Assembly (NCBI GenBank): GCA_951406725.2
Contig: OX597831.1
Location: 22,196,001 to 22,260,000, forward strand
Direction: 5' to 3'
DNA length: 64,000 nt
From: Octopus vulgaris
Taxonomy: Eukaryota
The position numbers and the translations under genes were made by a program. The notes below the pieces were generated by a model that was not told the origin of the DNA, ran no database searches, and saw only the letters and a list, made by a program, of their open reading frames with translations. Of this stretch, positions 38,298 to 53,090 are shown in pieces (the first letter of the stretch is position 1; each line of letters begins with the position of its first letter).

Positions 38298-39350
38298 TAA
38301 GCTGGCAAAATCGTTAGCACACATTGCGAAAAGCTTAGCGGTCCTCACGTTCTGAGTTCAAGTTCCGCCGAGGTCGAACTTTTCCTTTCATCCTCTAGGG
38401 GTCGATTAAATAAGTACCAGTTATGCACTAGGGATCTATGTAATCGACGTAATTCCTTCCCCAAAATTTCAGGCCTTGTGCCTACAGTAGAAAGGGTTAT
38501 TATATGTTTCTGTATCGCGGTGATACGGGAAAAAATGCTTAGCGGGAATCGCCCATCTTCATGTTCTGAGTTCAAATTCTGCCGAGATCGACTTTGTCTT
38601 TCATCGTTTCGGCGTCGATAAAATAAATACCAGATGACTACTGGGGTCGATGTAATCGACTTACCCCACCACCCGCCCCGAAATTGCTGGCCTTGCGCCA
38701 AAATTTGAAATTATTATTATGTCTTTCTCTAAGGGGCTGAGCTGGCAGAATCGTTAAGCACACGGGACAAAATACTTAGCAGAATTTCTTTACTTTCTGA
38801 TTTCAAATTCCGCGCCGAGATCGACTTTACCTTTCATCGTTTTGTGGGTCGATGAAATAAGTACCAGTTTCCATGTACTGGTGTTCATGTAATAGTCTCG
38901 TCTCCTCCCTCCCCCCCAACCAAATTTCAGGCCTTGTGCCCCTATTGTAGAAAGTGTTATTGCTATTGTAGGTTTCTGTTTAAACTTCAATTTCATTTCA
39001 ATTTCTCAACAGCACCACTTAGTAAATTTGAAGACTGCCTCGTAGGAAATAGATTTTTTTACAAATAAACAAGTAGAGATATATGCAAAAAGCAATTTCA
39101 AATTGACAGCTGACATCGAAAAGTAAACAAAAATTTAATTTGAAAGTTTACGGAAAAGTAATAAATTACTTTTCCGTAAACTCTACTAATTTAAGTACAC
39201 CTGACAAAATGCTTTTACGTTCTGAATACAAATTCTGCCCAGGTTGGCTTTGTCTCTTATCCTTTCTAGGATGATAAATTAAGGACCAGTGAAACACTGG
39301 GGTCGATGTAATCGACTAGTCTTCTCCCTACAAAAAGCTCAGGATTGGTC
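38298..39350 (+). mobile_element. Cluster of co-oriented SINE-B copies
   Basis: Four recognisable B modules. Confidence 0.8.
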
Positions 39351-39362
39351 TTATTCCTGGTC

Positions 39363-39400
<38 letters not shown>

Positions 39401-39420
39401 GTTGTTGTTGTTGTTGTTGA

Positions 39421-39458
<38 letters not shown>

Positions 39459-39664
39459 TATGTTTGACTTTTGCTTTATATTTGTACAAGTTGGCTCCAA
39501 GTCTCACCCAGAGACCTCAAGAGACAACATGTTGGAAGTTCGTGATGTTGTTATGCCTAGTGTGCCATATATTTGGTTTTGTATTTAGTGTTGTACTAGT
39601 GAATGCCTAAAAAAAAAATTATGTTTGTTTTAAAACTTGAGATTACGTAGAAAGTATTTTGCGT
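39459..39664 (-). mobile_element. 5'-truncated 3' end of an R4/Dong-type LINE inside (TAA)n
   Basis: Minus strand reads RKILST-stop, then a 3' UTR with GAGGTCTCTGGGTGAGACTTG, ending in (TAA)n. Confidence 0.6.
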
Positions 39665-39870
39665 ATTATTATTATTATCATATTATTATTGTTGTTGTTG
39701 TTGTTGTTGTTGAGTGAGAGAGCAGTGCATGTCATCAAAATGACACTGGCGTAAAATATACGAAATGCTTATCGGTCCTCACGTTCTGAGTTCCAATTCC
39801 GCCGAGGTCGAACTTTGCCTTTTATCCTCTCGGGGTCGTTTAAATAAGTACCAGTATTATTATTATTATT

Positions 39871-40562
<692 letters not shown>

Positions 40563-40725
40563 TGTTGTTGTTGTTGTTGTTGAGTGAGAGAGCAGTGCAT
40601 GTCATCAAAGCGACACTGGCGTAAAATATACGAAATGCTTATCGGTCCTCACGTTCTGAGTTCCAATTCCGCCGTGGTCGAACTTTGCCTTTTATCCTCT
40701 CGGGGGTCGTTTAAATAAGTACCAG

Positions 40726-40802
<77 letters not shown>

Positions 40803-40864
40803 GAGTGCCATTGTCATCTAGTGAACGATATTTCGACATCTTGTGTGTCTTCAACAGGTTAAAA

Positions 40865-41062
40865 AAAAAATAAAGGAAACGACGGCGGCGATAAAAGGTA
40901 TCACTTCGCAAGAGTTCTAGCACAGCTTCGAACAGTGGAAAAGGAATTTGGGCCGATGCGTTGCATTGAAGAATACTTTGAAGGCGATAAATGTGTAAAC
41001 ATGTAAAGCTAAGTAAATAAAATAATATTGCAAAATTCTGGTTTCTTTTGGGTACGCATGTA
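40865..41062 (+). pseudogene. Mariner transposase C-terminal remnant
   Basis: [38 protein letters not shown] resembles the mariner C-terminus. Confidence 0.6.
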
Positions 41063-41216
41063 TACGCACATTTATATATTTGTGTGTGTGTATGTGTGTG
41101 TGTATATATAAATATATATATACACATACATATATATGTATGTATAATTTATATATGTATATATATACATAAATATATGTATATAAATGTGCATATGTAT
41201 ATGTGTATATATATAT

Positions 41217-41263
<47 letters not shown>

Positions 41264-41814
41264 TGTATATATATATGCATATGTCTATAAAGATATATAT
41301 ATGTATGTATCTATATATGCATATGCGTATAACGATGTATATATATGTACATAAATATATATATGAATATATGTATATGTATATATATATACATACACAT
41401 ATAAAGCGATATATATGTGCTATGATAAATATTTGCATATACATATAAGTTTGTATTTATATATATTTACTTACGTATGCACAAACACGCACAAGCACAC
41501 ATACATACATATATATATATATATATATTATAAAGGTATAATAACATATTTACATATGCCTATGAATGGTGCGAGTGTAAAGACAAAAGTTTGTGTGTGG
41601 GTATGTTTGTACGTTAACGATTCATTAATTATTGATTAAGTTGGAATAGATCAAAGAATACACTTATAAAGTTAAATACTTATTTTGCACAGAGATAAAG
41701 ACAATAGAAGAGGAAGGTGGGTCGAGAAGGTGGAAGTACTATGGCTTGTAGTTTAACATTCATGTTACACGAACACACAAGTATAGACTCACGTAAGCAG
41801 TTATCCTACACTGG

Positions 41815-42760
41815 CCCTCCGTCGGTAACAACGACGAGTGTTCTAGTTGATTCTTATTTCTTTATTGCCCACAAGGGGCTAAACATAGAGAGGACAAACA
41901 AGGACAGACAGAGGGATTAAGTCGATTACATCGACTCCAGTGCGTAACTAGTACTTAATTCATCGATCTCGAAAGGATGAAAGGCAAAGTCGACCTCGGC
42001 GGAATTTGAACTCAGAACGTAACGGCAGACGAAATACCACTAAGCATTTCGCCCGGCATGTTAACGTTTCTGCCAGCTCGCCGCTGGAACTAATACCACA
42101 GAGCATTCTTTCTGATGCCCTACTGATTCTGCTGATGTGCTTCCACCTTGTGGTTGAATGTAGTAGCAGGTGGAGAAACCACAGACGGAATTCTTATTAA
42201 TATATAATGACAGTTGTTTTGGACCCTGTGTTCAAATTGAACTGGTGATAGCTTTGACTTTTATTTCTTTACTGCCCACAAGGGGCTAAACATAGAGGGG
42301 ACAAACAAGGACAGACAGAGAATTTAAGTCGATTACATCGACTCCAGTGCGTAACTGGTACGTAATTTATCGACCTCGAAATGTTGAAGGGCAAAGTCGA
42401 CCTCTGCGGAATTTGAACTCAGAACGTAGCGTCAGACGTAATACCAGCTCGCCGCCTTGTGTTCTAGTCGATTCTATCAACAGAACAGCCTGCTCGTGAT
42501 ATTAGCGTCCAAGTGATTGAGCACTCCATAGGCACGCGTACCCTTAATGTAGCTTTCAGGGAAACTCAACGTGATGCAGGATGTGACTATGCTGGCCCTT
42601 TGAAATGCAGGAAGGATTCATTTTTGCCAACTGAGTGGAGTGTAGCAACGTGAAATAAACTGCTTTTCTCTAAGAGCAAAACGCGCCGCTGGATATCGAA
42701 CTCACAACCTTATCGTGAGCCGAATATCCTAAATACTAACCACTAAGCCACACGTCTTCC
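41815..42760 (-). mobile_element. Old F-core/tail-i SINE interrupted by a SINE-B composite
   Basis: Tail i at 41815-41854 continues at 42459-42610. F-type core and head at 42620-42760. Confidence 0.6.
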
Positions 42761-42774
42761 CTTAATACTCACAT

Positions 42775-43010
42775 GGAGGCACATGGCCTAGTGGGTGAGC
42801 AGCGGACTCGCGGTCGAGGGATCGCGGATTCGAAACTCAGACCGAGCAATGTGTGTGTTTATGAGTGAAACAGCTAAACTCCAAGCAGCTCCTCCTGCAT
42901 CTTGCAGCTCACCTTCGACGGACGGCATCCGGTGCAGGTGTGGAACCTATACGCCAAGGAAACCAGGAAACCGGCCCTAATGAGCCAAAAATGGCTCTAG
43001 AAGGAAGGAA
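42775..43010 (+). mobile_element. Diverged SINE family A with tail type iii
   Basis: Degenerate A head followed by GACGGACGGCATCC..GAAACCAGGAAACCGGCCC. Confidence 0.55.
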
Positions 43011-43058
43011 CAATACTCACATACACACACACACATATACATATATGAATTCATACAT

Positions 43059-43477
43059 AGGCGCAGGAGTGGCTGTGTGATAAGTAGCTTGCTAACCAGC
43101 CACATGGTTCTGGGTTCAGTCCCACTGCGTGGCATCTTGGACAAGTGTCTTCTGCTATAGCCTCGGGCCGACCAAAGCCTTGTGAGTAGATTTGGTAGAC
43201 GGAAACTGAAAGAAGCCTGTCGTATATATGTATATATATATGTATGTGTGTGTATATGTTTGTGTGTCTGTGTTTGTCCCTCTAGCATTGCCTGACAACC
43301 GATGCAGGTGTGTTTACGTCCCGTTAACTTAGCGGTTCGGCAAAAAGAGACCGATAGAATAAGTACTGGGCTTACAAAGAATAAGTCCCGGGGTCGATTT
43401 GCTCGACTAAAGGCGGTACTCCAGCATGGCTGCAGTCAAATGACTGAAACAAGTAAAAGAGTAAAGAGTAAAGAGTA
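43059..43477 (+). mobile_element. SINE family C
   Basis: Full-length consensus. Confidence 0.9.
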
Positions 43478-43834
43478 TACACATAGGGTATTTTCCAGCA
43501 TATAAGTCTACGTGGCTTATAAAGTAAAATTGTACTGCAAACATTCAAACACCGTCTCTATTTTTCGAAATTTTACTGTATGTCGTCTGGAACATTCTAT
43601 TCTCCAAAATGCATGCCAAAAAATAAGAGAGTGAAGTGGAGGAATGAAAACAGACGTGAGATATGCAGGGATATTGTATCTTCAGTTCCATTATTTAGGC
43701 AGAATGGTATACATATAAGATTCCAGTACCTTGTGAGTAAGTTTCAATAGTATTTAAAATTGGTCATTCCAAGCATAGTTTGTAAACAGTATTATTGAAT
43801 CGAGAGTTTTATATAAATATATATATATTTTTGA

Positions 43835-43984
43835 AATTTACAGAAAAACAAAAGACGAAGACAGGTTTATAAACAATAAGCAGGTGCATACGTTTGATGC
43901 TCGGGAAGGTGAGAAAGTCGTTTACGTTTCGAGCCTACGCTCTTCAACAGAAAGGAACACGAGGAAAAAAACAGAGAGAGAATA

Positions 43985-43985
<1 letters not shown>
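43835..43985 (-). mobile_element. Family D short element (diverged subfamily) with variant hammerhead (43921-43953)
   Basis: TTTACGTTTCGAGCCTACGCTCTTCAACAGAAAG on the plus strand. The flanks diverge from the other copies but the motif is conserved. Lies between TA-rich tracts. Confidence 0.55.
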
Positions 43986-44039
<54 letters not shown>

Positions 44040-44155
44040 AATTCAGGGTGAATACTTGATAAATGTAAGCCCCTGTATATGCCAGCTAGTAGCATAGGTG
44101 AGAGGATATATGTATCAAATGAAATAAAATTTGAAAACAGGACACAAAGGATGTC

Positions 44156-44248
44156 GCGGTACATATGTTTCGAGCTTTATAGAACAACTTATTCTTACAT
44201 CAATGCATAATCGACATAACAGATAGTTCAAAAGCCCTCTTCAGCCGC
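44156..44248 (-). ncRNA. Type I hammerhead ribozyme motif, canonical core
   Basis: Minus strand reads GCGG-CTGAAGA-GGGCTTT..AAAGCTC-GAAA-CATATG-TA-CCGC. Stem I GCGG/CCGC, stem II 7 bp, palindromic stem III ACATATGT, GUA cleavage triplet. Confidence 0.8.
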
Positions 44249-44457
44249 ATGCAATTGCTACACCAAAGGCTTGTATCACATCATGAAAGGTTTGAGAAAG
44301 AGCATTTGGTATTATTTATAATGGTAGGTAAACCGAGTATCACTGGGAAAGTATGTTTGTAAATCTTCATAATCAAATAGGCGTACATGGTATTATTAGA
44401 CTCCCAAAAATCGTCCATACCGTTTTCTCACTCAATATAGAGTGAATACTGGGTAGA

Positions 44458-44500
<43 letters not shown>

Positions 44501-44539
44501 TATTCTTTAATTCTTTAATTCTTTAATTCTTTTATTCTT

Positions 44540-44913
44540 TTACTCTTTTACATGTTTCAGTCATTTTGACTGCGGTCATACTGCAGCACCATCTTAAAGA
44601 GTTTTCAGTCGAAGCAATCGATCCAAGAACTTATTCTTTGTAAGCCTAGCACTTATTCTTTCAATCCCTTTTGCCAAACCGTTATGTTACGGGGACGGAA
44701 ACACACCAACATCAGTTGTCAAGTGATGATTGGGGTGGGGAACAAACACAGGCACAGAGATACACACACACATAAAGTATACATACTTATACATATATAT
44801 ACGACGGGCTTCTTTCAGTTTCCGTCAACTAAATCCACTCACAAGGCTTTGGTCAGCCCGAGGCTATTGCAGAAGACACCTGCCAAAGGTGCTACGCAGT
44901 GGGACTGAACCCG
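44540..44913 (-). mobile_element. SINE family C, 5'-truncated
   Basis: Reverse-complement consensus. Confidence 0.8.
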
Positions 44914-45512
44914 CAACAAACGAAAGAAAAATGCTATACACTTTACGAAAGAGAAGTAAAATGATTAAGAGGTGGAAGAGAAAAATATAAAGACGATAGC
45001 GATTCTACGGCGTTTATATACAAACCTACGTATGTGTGTGGGTGTGTGTTTCTGTGTATATATATGTGTATGTATGTATGTGTGTGCATGCATATGCGTG
45101 GATGTGTGGGTGTGTGTGTGTGTATGTGTATACGTACGCATTATCTTAAGCTTTCAAGAACAGAACATTGATCCTTCTTTCTGTTTTTTTTTCTTCCTCT
45201 TTATACATACATACATACATTGATGTGTGTTTGTGTGTATAAATACGCGAGTGTGTGTGTGTATGTGTGTGGTATATGTATATATGTAAATATCTCTGTG
45301 TGTTTCTCTCTATGTATTTGCATGCATCACACGAACAGGTACACGCGCGAGTGCATGTTAACGCGGGGGAGAGAATGTATGGGAGAGCAACAGCTTAGGA
45401 AAAATTTATCAGCTTCTGTTCATTTGTTCGTGTATAAATGCATGCTCTGATACACACACGTGTGTGTGTATGTATTTGTGTGTGTATATATATAAAACTA
45501 TATACTTATGTG

Positions 45513-45570
<58 letters not shown>

Positions 45571-45685
45571 TATATACTTATATGTATATACATATATATA
45601 TTTAAGTGTATACATACATATATATATATATATATACATATGCACATAGAATTTATATACGTGTATATATAATCTATCTATCTAG

Positions 45686-45737
<52 letters not shown>

Positions 45738-45864
45738 ATGTATCTATGTATATATATATATATATACATAGATACGTACAAATATATATATATATACATA
45801 GATACGTACAAATATATATATATACAGAGATACATACAAATATATATATATACATAGATACATG

Positions 45865-45912
<48 letters not shown>

Positions 45913-46633
45913 GATACATACAAACATACATATATATATATATATATATATACATAAATAACGCACATACGCAAACCATTAGACACGCATACTAGCACAT
46001 AATATACGCCGGCACTTACATATTTTATCTACACACAGTCGTGTAAACATATAATTCGACATAGGAATAAACAGGGTGGGGGCAGTGTCTCGAAAGTCAA
46101 AACTTATGGAAAGTTCAGCTAGATACAAACCAATTTACTTATGAATAACCTCGGAGGATTTCTCCATCATAAAGCACAGCAGAGGAAGCTCGTCCTCTCG
46201 AAGGAATACTGGTAGACGAAATGTTTTTACCGATTCTTCTCATATCTTCACATTCGCCATTACTCACCCCACCACGTTGTTGAACGAAAGGCCAAAGCGA
46301 TGGTAGCATACACATGACGTCAGTATCGTCTGCTGGTTATACGTACTAACAACTACACAATGTTCGTTGATTAAAAGGAAGTTGTGCATAGTATTACTAA
46401 TAAGTTTATAGGTAGGGATAGACTCAGTGGCCTTGTTTTTACACGTGCGCACGCAAACACACAGCCACACACACACACACACTGACACTCATGTAAGAAA
46501 CTCACATTCCAATAAACACGCATACATATACATATATATGTACGCACAAACAATCTTACGCTGTGTACACAAACATACATATGTAGGCATTAATATATAT
46601 ATATATATAAAAAGAGAGAGATACACACATATG

Positions 46634-46715
<82 letters not shown>

Positions 46716-46854
46716 TATACATATACATTTATATATATATATATATAAATATATATGCATATATATATACATATATATATATACAAGCATATATATATGT
46801 GTGTGTATCTCTCTCTTTTTCCGTATGTGTATATATATATATCAATATATATCA

Positions 46855-46887
<33 letters not shown>

Positions 46888-46911
46888 TACATACATATAT
46901 ATATATTTTTT

Positions 46912-47226
46912 AATTTTATTTTATTCTATCTAGTTTCAGCTCACGAGCTGTGGCCATGCTAGGGCACCGCCATTTGGTGTTGCTACATGATTTTACTTCA
47001 CGAATGCTTTTTAGCAACTGCCATTTGGTGCACGAGAGAGTTCGATGCAGCTGCCCTCATCTGCACCTCCTGCCGTGAAGTTGGTTCATCTGGGACACCT
47101 GACAGGAAGAGATCCAGTTTTATTTTATAGACATCTGCATCCACCCCATGCAGGTCTCTCAGGTTCTTCGGGGGATATTGAAGAGCTGTGGGCCTTGGAA
47201 GCCCAGGCTATCACAATATCTTGTCC

Positions 47227-47229
<3 letters not shown>
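46912..47229 (-). mobile_element. 3' end of a CR1-group LINE
   Basis: Minus strand SLGFQGPQLFNI/PKNLRDL..KLDLFLSGVPDEP..RAAASNSLVHQ* (one frameshift), then a 3' tail hairpin and (TAAAA)n. Confidence 0.72.
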
Positions 47230-47281
<52 letters not shown>

Positions 47282-47543
47282 ATGTATTTATTCGGTATGT
47301 ATTATGTATGTATATTTGGGGTGGGTGTGCACGCCTGTGTATGCTTACAGAGTGAGAGGGAGAGAGAAAGAGAGTACGAGCAAGGAAGATAGAGAAAGAG
47401 GTATATATTATCGATGGATTGATCTAGCAGTGAGTTCTTACCTAATTTTTGCGTAATGCTTAGAGAACGCAGCTCATTTTTGGTTAGAGAGGGTGCGTCA
47501 AGTATTTAATGACATATTTGGTTACATTATAAAACATCACTAA

Positions 47544-47839
47544 TCTTTATATATAAAACTGAAGTTGTGTGTGTGAGAGTCTGTCTCCTCCGATTTAGAT
47601 TCCTAACTACTCCCACATTTTGCGGTGCAGTTTAACCAAAAGCGGGTATCTTATAGTGGTGATTCATATCGAGCCCTTCTGGGTAGTAGCGCACGTCTAC
47701 GATGATAAAAAAATTTACCATCAGTTTTTCGCATTTTTAATGCATTTTTTGCTCGGTTTATATAAGGGTGTTGCTCTCTAAAAATGCTGATATAGTTATT
47801 TCCCTTAGAAACCCGAGCAACGGCGGGCGATACTGCTAG
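47544..47839 (+). mobile_element. Non-autonomous Helitron (shorter copy)
   Basis: A|TCTTTATATATAAAACTGAAG..CCCGAGCAACGGCGGGCGATACTGCTAG|T. Lacks the internal sub-repeat of the other two copies. Confidence 0.85.
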
Positions 47840-47899
47840 TTTAGCAAAAACATGATGCATTTTAATGAAATTTTTTGCATATGTTCTCGATAAGATTTC

Positions 47900-48620
47900 T
47901 TATGAGATTACTTAATAAATCCACCCTCAGCTTCGGTGATAGCTTCTATGCTGTATCGGAATCATCGAGGATTTCTATACTAAAAGGTCTCTATTCATTT
48001 CGAACACTATCCGGATAAGGGCAACCTTTACTGAAGCGTTGGTATTATGAAGGCGGCGAGCTGGCAGAAACGTTAGCACGCCGGGCGAAATGCTTAGCGG
48101 TATTTCGTCTGCCGTTACGTTGTGAGTTCAAATTCCGCCGAGGTCGACTTTGCCTTTCATCCTTTCGGGGTCGATACATTAAGTACCAGTTACGCTATGG
48201 GGTCGATGTAATCGACTTAATACCTATGTCTGTCCTTGTTTGTCCCCTCTGTGTTTAGCCCCTTGTGGGTAATAAAGAAATAGGTATTATGAAGATTTCC
48301 ATTAGTCTCTCTTTCAAGAACGCTCCTAACCTAGTTGTTTATAGGATTTAAATCTGGCGAGTTTGGAAATCAGAATTACATGATTGTAAGAAACTTTTTC
48401 TATCAGCCATTCTTGGCTTACCTGGGTTTCTGAGAAGGTGCTTAGTCTTGTTGACACACGCAGGGGTCATCCATCCACTGCATATTTCATCGGGTTAGTA
48501 CTTAACAACTGTCTTCAGCACCTCAACATGCATATGACTATAAATTCTAAGAATCTGTAGTAAGATGTAATGTGGCACGATATAACTGGTGAAGGTACAG
48601 ATTGGGAAAGACAATTGCAT
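47900..48620 (-). pseudogene. Decayed Tc1/mariner transposase (C-terminal half)
   Basis: Minus-strand motifs QQD*AP, QEWL, NSPDLNP and terminal IEAITEAEGGFI. Interrupted by SINE-B. Confidence 0.7.
48053..48282 (+). mobile_element. Young SINE family B with 12-bp TSD, inserted in a Tc1/mariner relic
   Basis: TSD GGTATTATGAAG at 48041-48052 and 48283-48294. Confidence 0.9.
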
Positions 48621-48761
48621 CAGCATTCAGCTTGAGTTCATTTCACAAGGAGTAAACAAAAGTACCATGAAATAAAGTCGCCATTCCTAAAGCCATCACA
48701 GTTGCTAGAAACTTAGTGTGAATCACTCTGGTATGTCAGAAGGATCTGTAAATAACCATCA

Positions 48762-49193
<432 letters not shown>

Positions 49194-49735
49194 TATCTGC
49201 AAGTTCGCACCATGGTTTCGGTAATTGCTTCAATTTCCGATTGTCATCGCAAGCAAACATTAGACCGTCTCAGAACCTCTCGTCTTTAATACCATGGCAG
49301 CTGGTGAATGTAGAGATGGGGGGGGGGGGGAAGACAACTGCATCAGCATTCAGCTTGAGTTCACTTCACAAGGAGTAAGCAAAAGTACCATGAAATAAAG
49401 GACACGATGAACCGCCCAGACAAGGAAACGAACACACGACAATAGGATTGTGATCCCAACGTTCTAATAGGTCTCAGTCAAACAAGTACAACCTCCACTC
49501 AAGAAGAATCCTACAGTTCACAGCCTCCCTCCAGGGACTATAATTTCCAGTCATAAAAGAAGCATTAAATTTTCCAATGGCCACAATGAAACTGTTACTC
49601 TGCAAACGTACAGGGTTCTTCCTTTGTGCCTTTGAGGTGCTTTATTCTCCTACCTCTTTACACGTACACACGTACGTACATGCATACGCACAAACACACT
49701 CACATATGTATGTATTTGTATAAATGTGTGTACAT

Positions 49736-49797
<62 letters not shown>

Positions 49798-49874
49798 AGA
49801 GATCAAGAGATCAAGAGAGAGAGAGAGAGAGAACGAGATTTCTATACATTATTGTATGTATGTATGTATGTATG

Positions 49875-49931
<57 letters not shown>

Positions 49932-50060
49932 ATATATATACAGGTTTTGTTGAATTTTCTGCTGCTTTAAATAAAGTATATATATATATACATATATATG
50001 CATATATGCATACATGGAGAGAGCGAGGGAGAGAATGAGATTTCTATACATCATTGTATG

Positions 50061-50092
<32 letters not shown>

Positions 50093-50124
50093 CACACATA
50101 TATATATATATATATACATACACA

Positions 50125-50215
<91 letters not shown>

Positions 50216-50351
50216 ATACATTAGCAAAAAGCCATTCACTTCATAGTATCATGCACACATTCTTGCATATACATACAAACAGAAACATATACATATTTAT
50301 ATGTATGCAAGTATGTATGCATGTATGTATGTATGTATGTATATATGTATG

Positions 50352-50382
<31 letters not shown>

Positions 50383-50952
50383 GAAGGCGTATATATGTGT
50401 GCATATTTGTAAATGAGTACTGAATATATATATGTGTGTGTGTGTATGAATATTCATTTGCACATGTATGTATGCGTGTGTATATACATGTATATAAATA
50501 CATACATACATACATACATATATATATATATGTATGTATATATATATGTATATGTACATGCATATGTATATCATATCTATCTATATATACATATATACAC
50601 ATACGCACGCGCACACATACACATATATATATATGCACATATACATCCGTGAATGCATATAGGTGTACAAAATTTAAATCCGAGATTAAAGAGCCGAATC
50701 TCTTTATGTTTTTATTACCCAATGATGTATTCTTTTGAATTCGCCAGTGCAGTCTCTCATAAAATAGAAGAACATTCTAGTATTGTATATATCAGATAAA
50801 CAGAGCTGAATGGATGGCTGTTTGATTGGGAAGCACGGAATTTGATGTAGATGATACACGGATGGAAGTAGAGAATGAGTGGAAGGCAGAGGAGGAGACA
50901 GAGAGGCATGAAGACAGAAAGATAGGTAAGTTAATAGCTAGATAGATGAAGA

Positions 50953-51074
<122 letters not shown>

Positions 51075-51294
51075 GTACATATATATATACATACATATAT
51101 ATATACATATATATATATGTGTGTGCATCTTTATATATATATATGTACATGTATATATATACATATATATATATAAATATATATATAAACATATGTGTAT
51201 ATATGTATGTGTATATATGTATATATATATACACACATATATACATATATATATATGTGTATATGTATATATATATATATACATGTATATATAC

Positions 51295-51358
<64 letters not shown>

Positions 51359-51448
51359 TCTATCTAGATATTAACTTACCTATTTTTCTGCCTTCATACC
51401 TCTCTGTCTCCTCTGCCTTTCACTCTCTTTCTCCCTCTCCCTCTCCCT

Positions 51449-51532
<84 letters not shown>

Positions 51533-52060
51533 GAAGAAAGGAAGGAATAAAGGTAAAAAAGATAGGAAAGATGGATGGGAAATGGAAAGACAACGAAGAA
51601 AGAAATAAAAAGAAAGAAAGGTGGAATAGAATAAAAGAAGAAAGAAAGAAAAAAGAAAGAAAGAAGGAAGTAAGAAAGAAAGAATGAAAGAAAGAGAGAC
51701 AACGAAGAAAAGAATAAAAGGAACGAAAAAGTAAGGAAAATGGATGAAATAAAAAGTGAAGGCCAAAAAGAATTTTAGAAAGAAAGAGAAGAAGGAAAGC
51801 AAGAATCATAAGCATGAAGATAGAAACCAAAGAAGAAAGAAAAAGAATATAGGAATACAAAAAGAAGGAAAGGAAGAATGAGCAAAAGAGAAGTAAGAGG
51901 AAGAAGAATGAGCTTCAAGATCGCTTTGATTGTATTTACACCAAACTTATCATTTCAAAGCATAAACACAAGATCAGAAAGGACAGTTAATGAACAGATT
52001 CTGTCCATCTCTTCGAGTGTTTTTTTTCTAAATGTAGGCTAGACTGTGCCAGCCACTATC

Positions 52061-52442
52061 GGGAAGCACTCCGTCGGTTACGACGATGAGGGTTCCGGTT
52101 GATCCGAATCAACGGAACAGCCTTCTCGTGAAATTAACGTATAAGTGGCTGAGCACTCCACAGACACTGGTACCCTTAACGTAGTTCTCTGGGATATTCA
52201 ACGTGACACAGAGAGTGACAAGGCTGGCCCTTTGAAATACAGGTACAACAGAAACAGGAAGTAAGAGTGAGAGAAAGTTGTGGTGAAAGAGTACAGCAGG
52301 GATCACCACCATCCCTGCCGGAGCCTCGTGGAGCTTTAGGTGTTTTCGCTCAATAAACACTCACAACGCCCGGTCTGGGAACCGAAACCGCGATCCTGCG
52401 ACCGCGAGTCCGCTGCCCTAACCACTGGGCCATTGCGCCTCC
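52061..52442 (-). mobile_element. SINE family A, tail type i, with 14-bp TSD
   Basis: TSD TGCCAGCCACTATC at 52047-52060 and 52443-52456. Confidence 0.9.
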
Positions 52443-52825
52443 TGCCAGCCACTATCATACGGGTCATGGCTATGACTTTAAATGGCATCGGGATGTAAGG
52501 TTCTGCTTTGGGAGTTTCAAGGATTTGAGAAGTGTGTAACCACCTATTAGGCACTGTTGTTGTCGGGTCTAATCTGATCTCAGGTAGGAAGTAAACACCT
52601 GTAAGTGTCCCTGCTTTTGATTAATTAGCATATTAAGGCTTGACTACCTATGAATGTGAAGACTGGATTCGGTGAACTCTGTGGAAGAAACGTCTATGGT
52701 TCGGCAGAGGGGAAGGCAACCACAGTAATGCATTCTAGAAAAACCACGTGATCTGATGGTCTCAGCGCTGGAGGTGGCAGCGATACATCTCCCCGCTAGC
52801 GATATAAACAAGACAGCAAAATTTC

Positions 52826-53090
52826 TTATTTCTTTACTGCCCACAAGGGGCTACACACGGAGGGGACAAACAAGGAGAGACAAACGGATTAAGTCGATTA
52901 TATCGACCCCAGTACGTAACTGGTACTTATTTAATCGACCCCGAAAGGATGAAAGGCAAAGTCGACCTCGGCGGAATTTGAACTCAGAACGTAGCGGCAG
53001 ACGAAATACCTATTTCTTTATTACCCACAAGGGGTTAAACACAGAGGGGACAAACAAGGACAGACATAGGTATTAAGTCGATTACATCCG
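52826..53090 (-). mobile_element. Tandem head-less SINE-B units
   Basis: Junction GAAATACC-TATTTCTTT at about 53003-53019. Confidence 0.8.
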
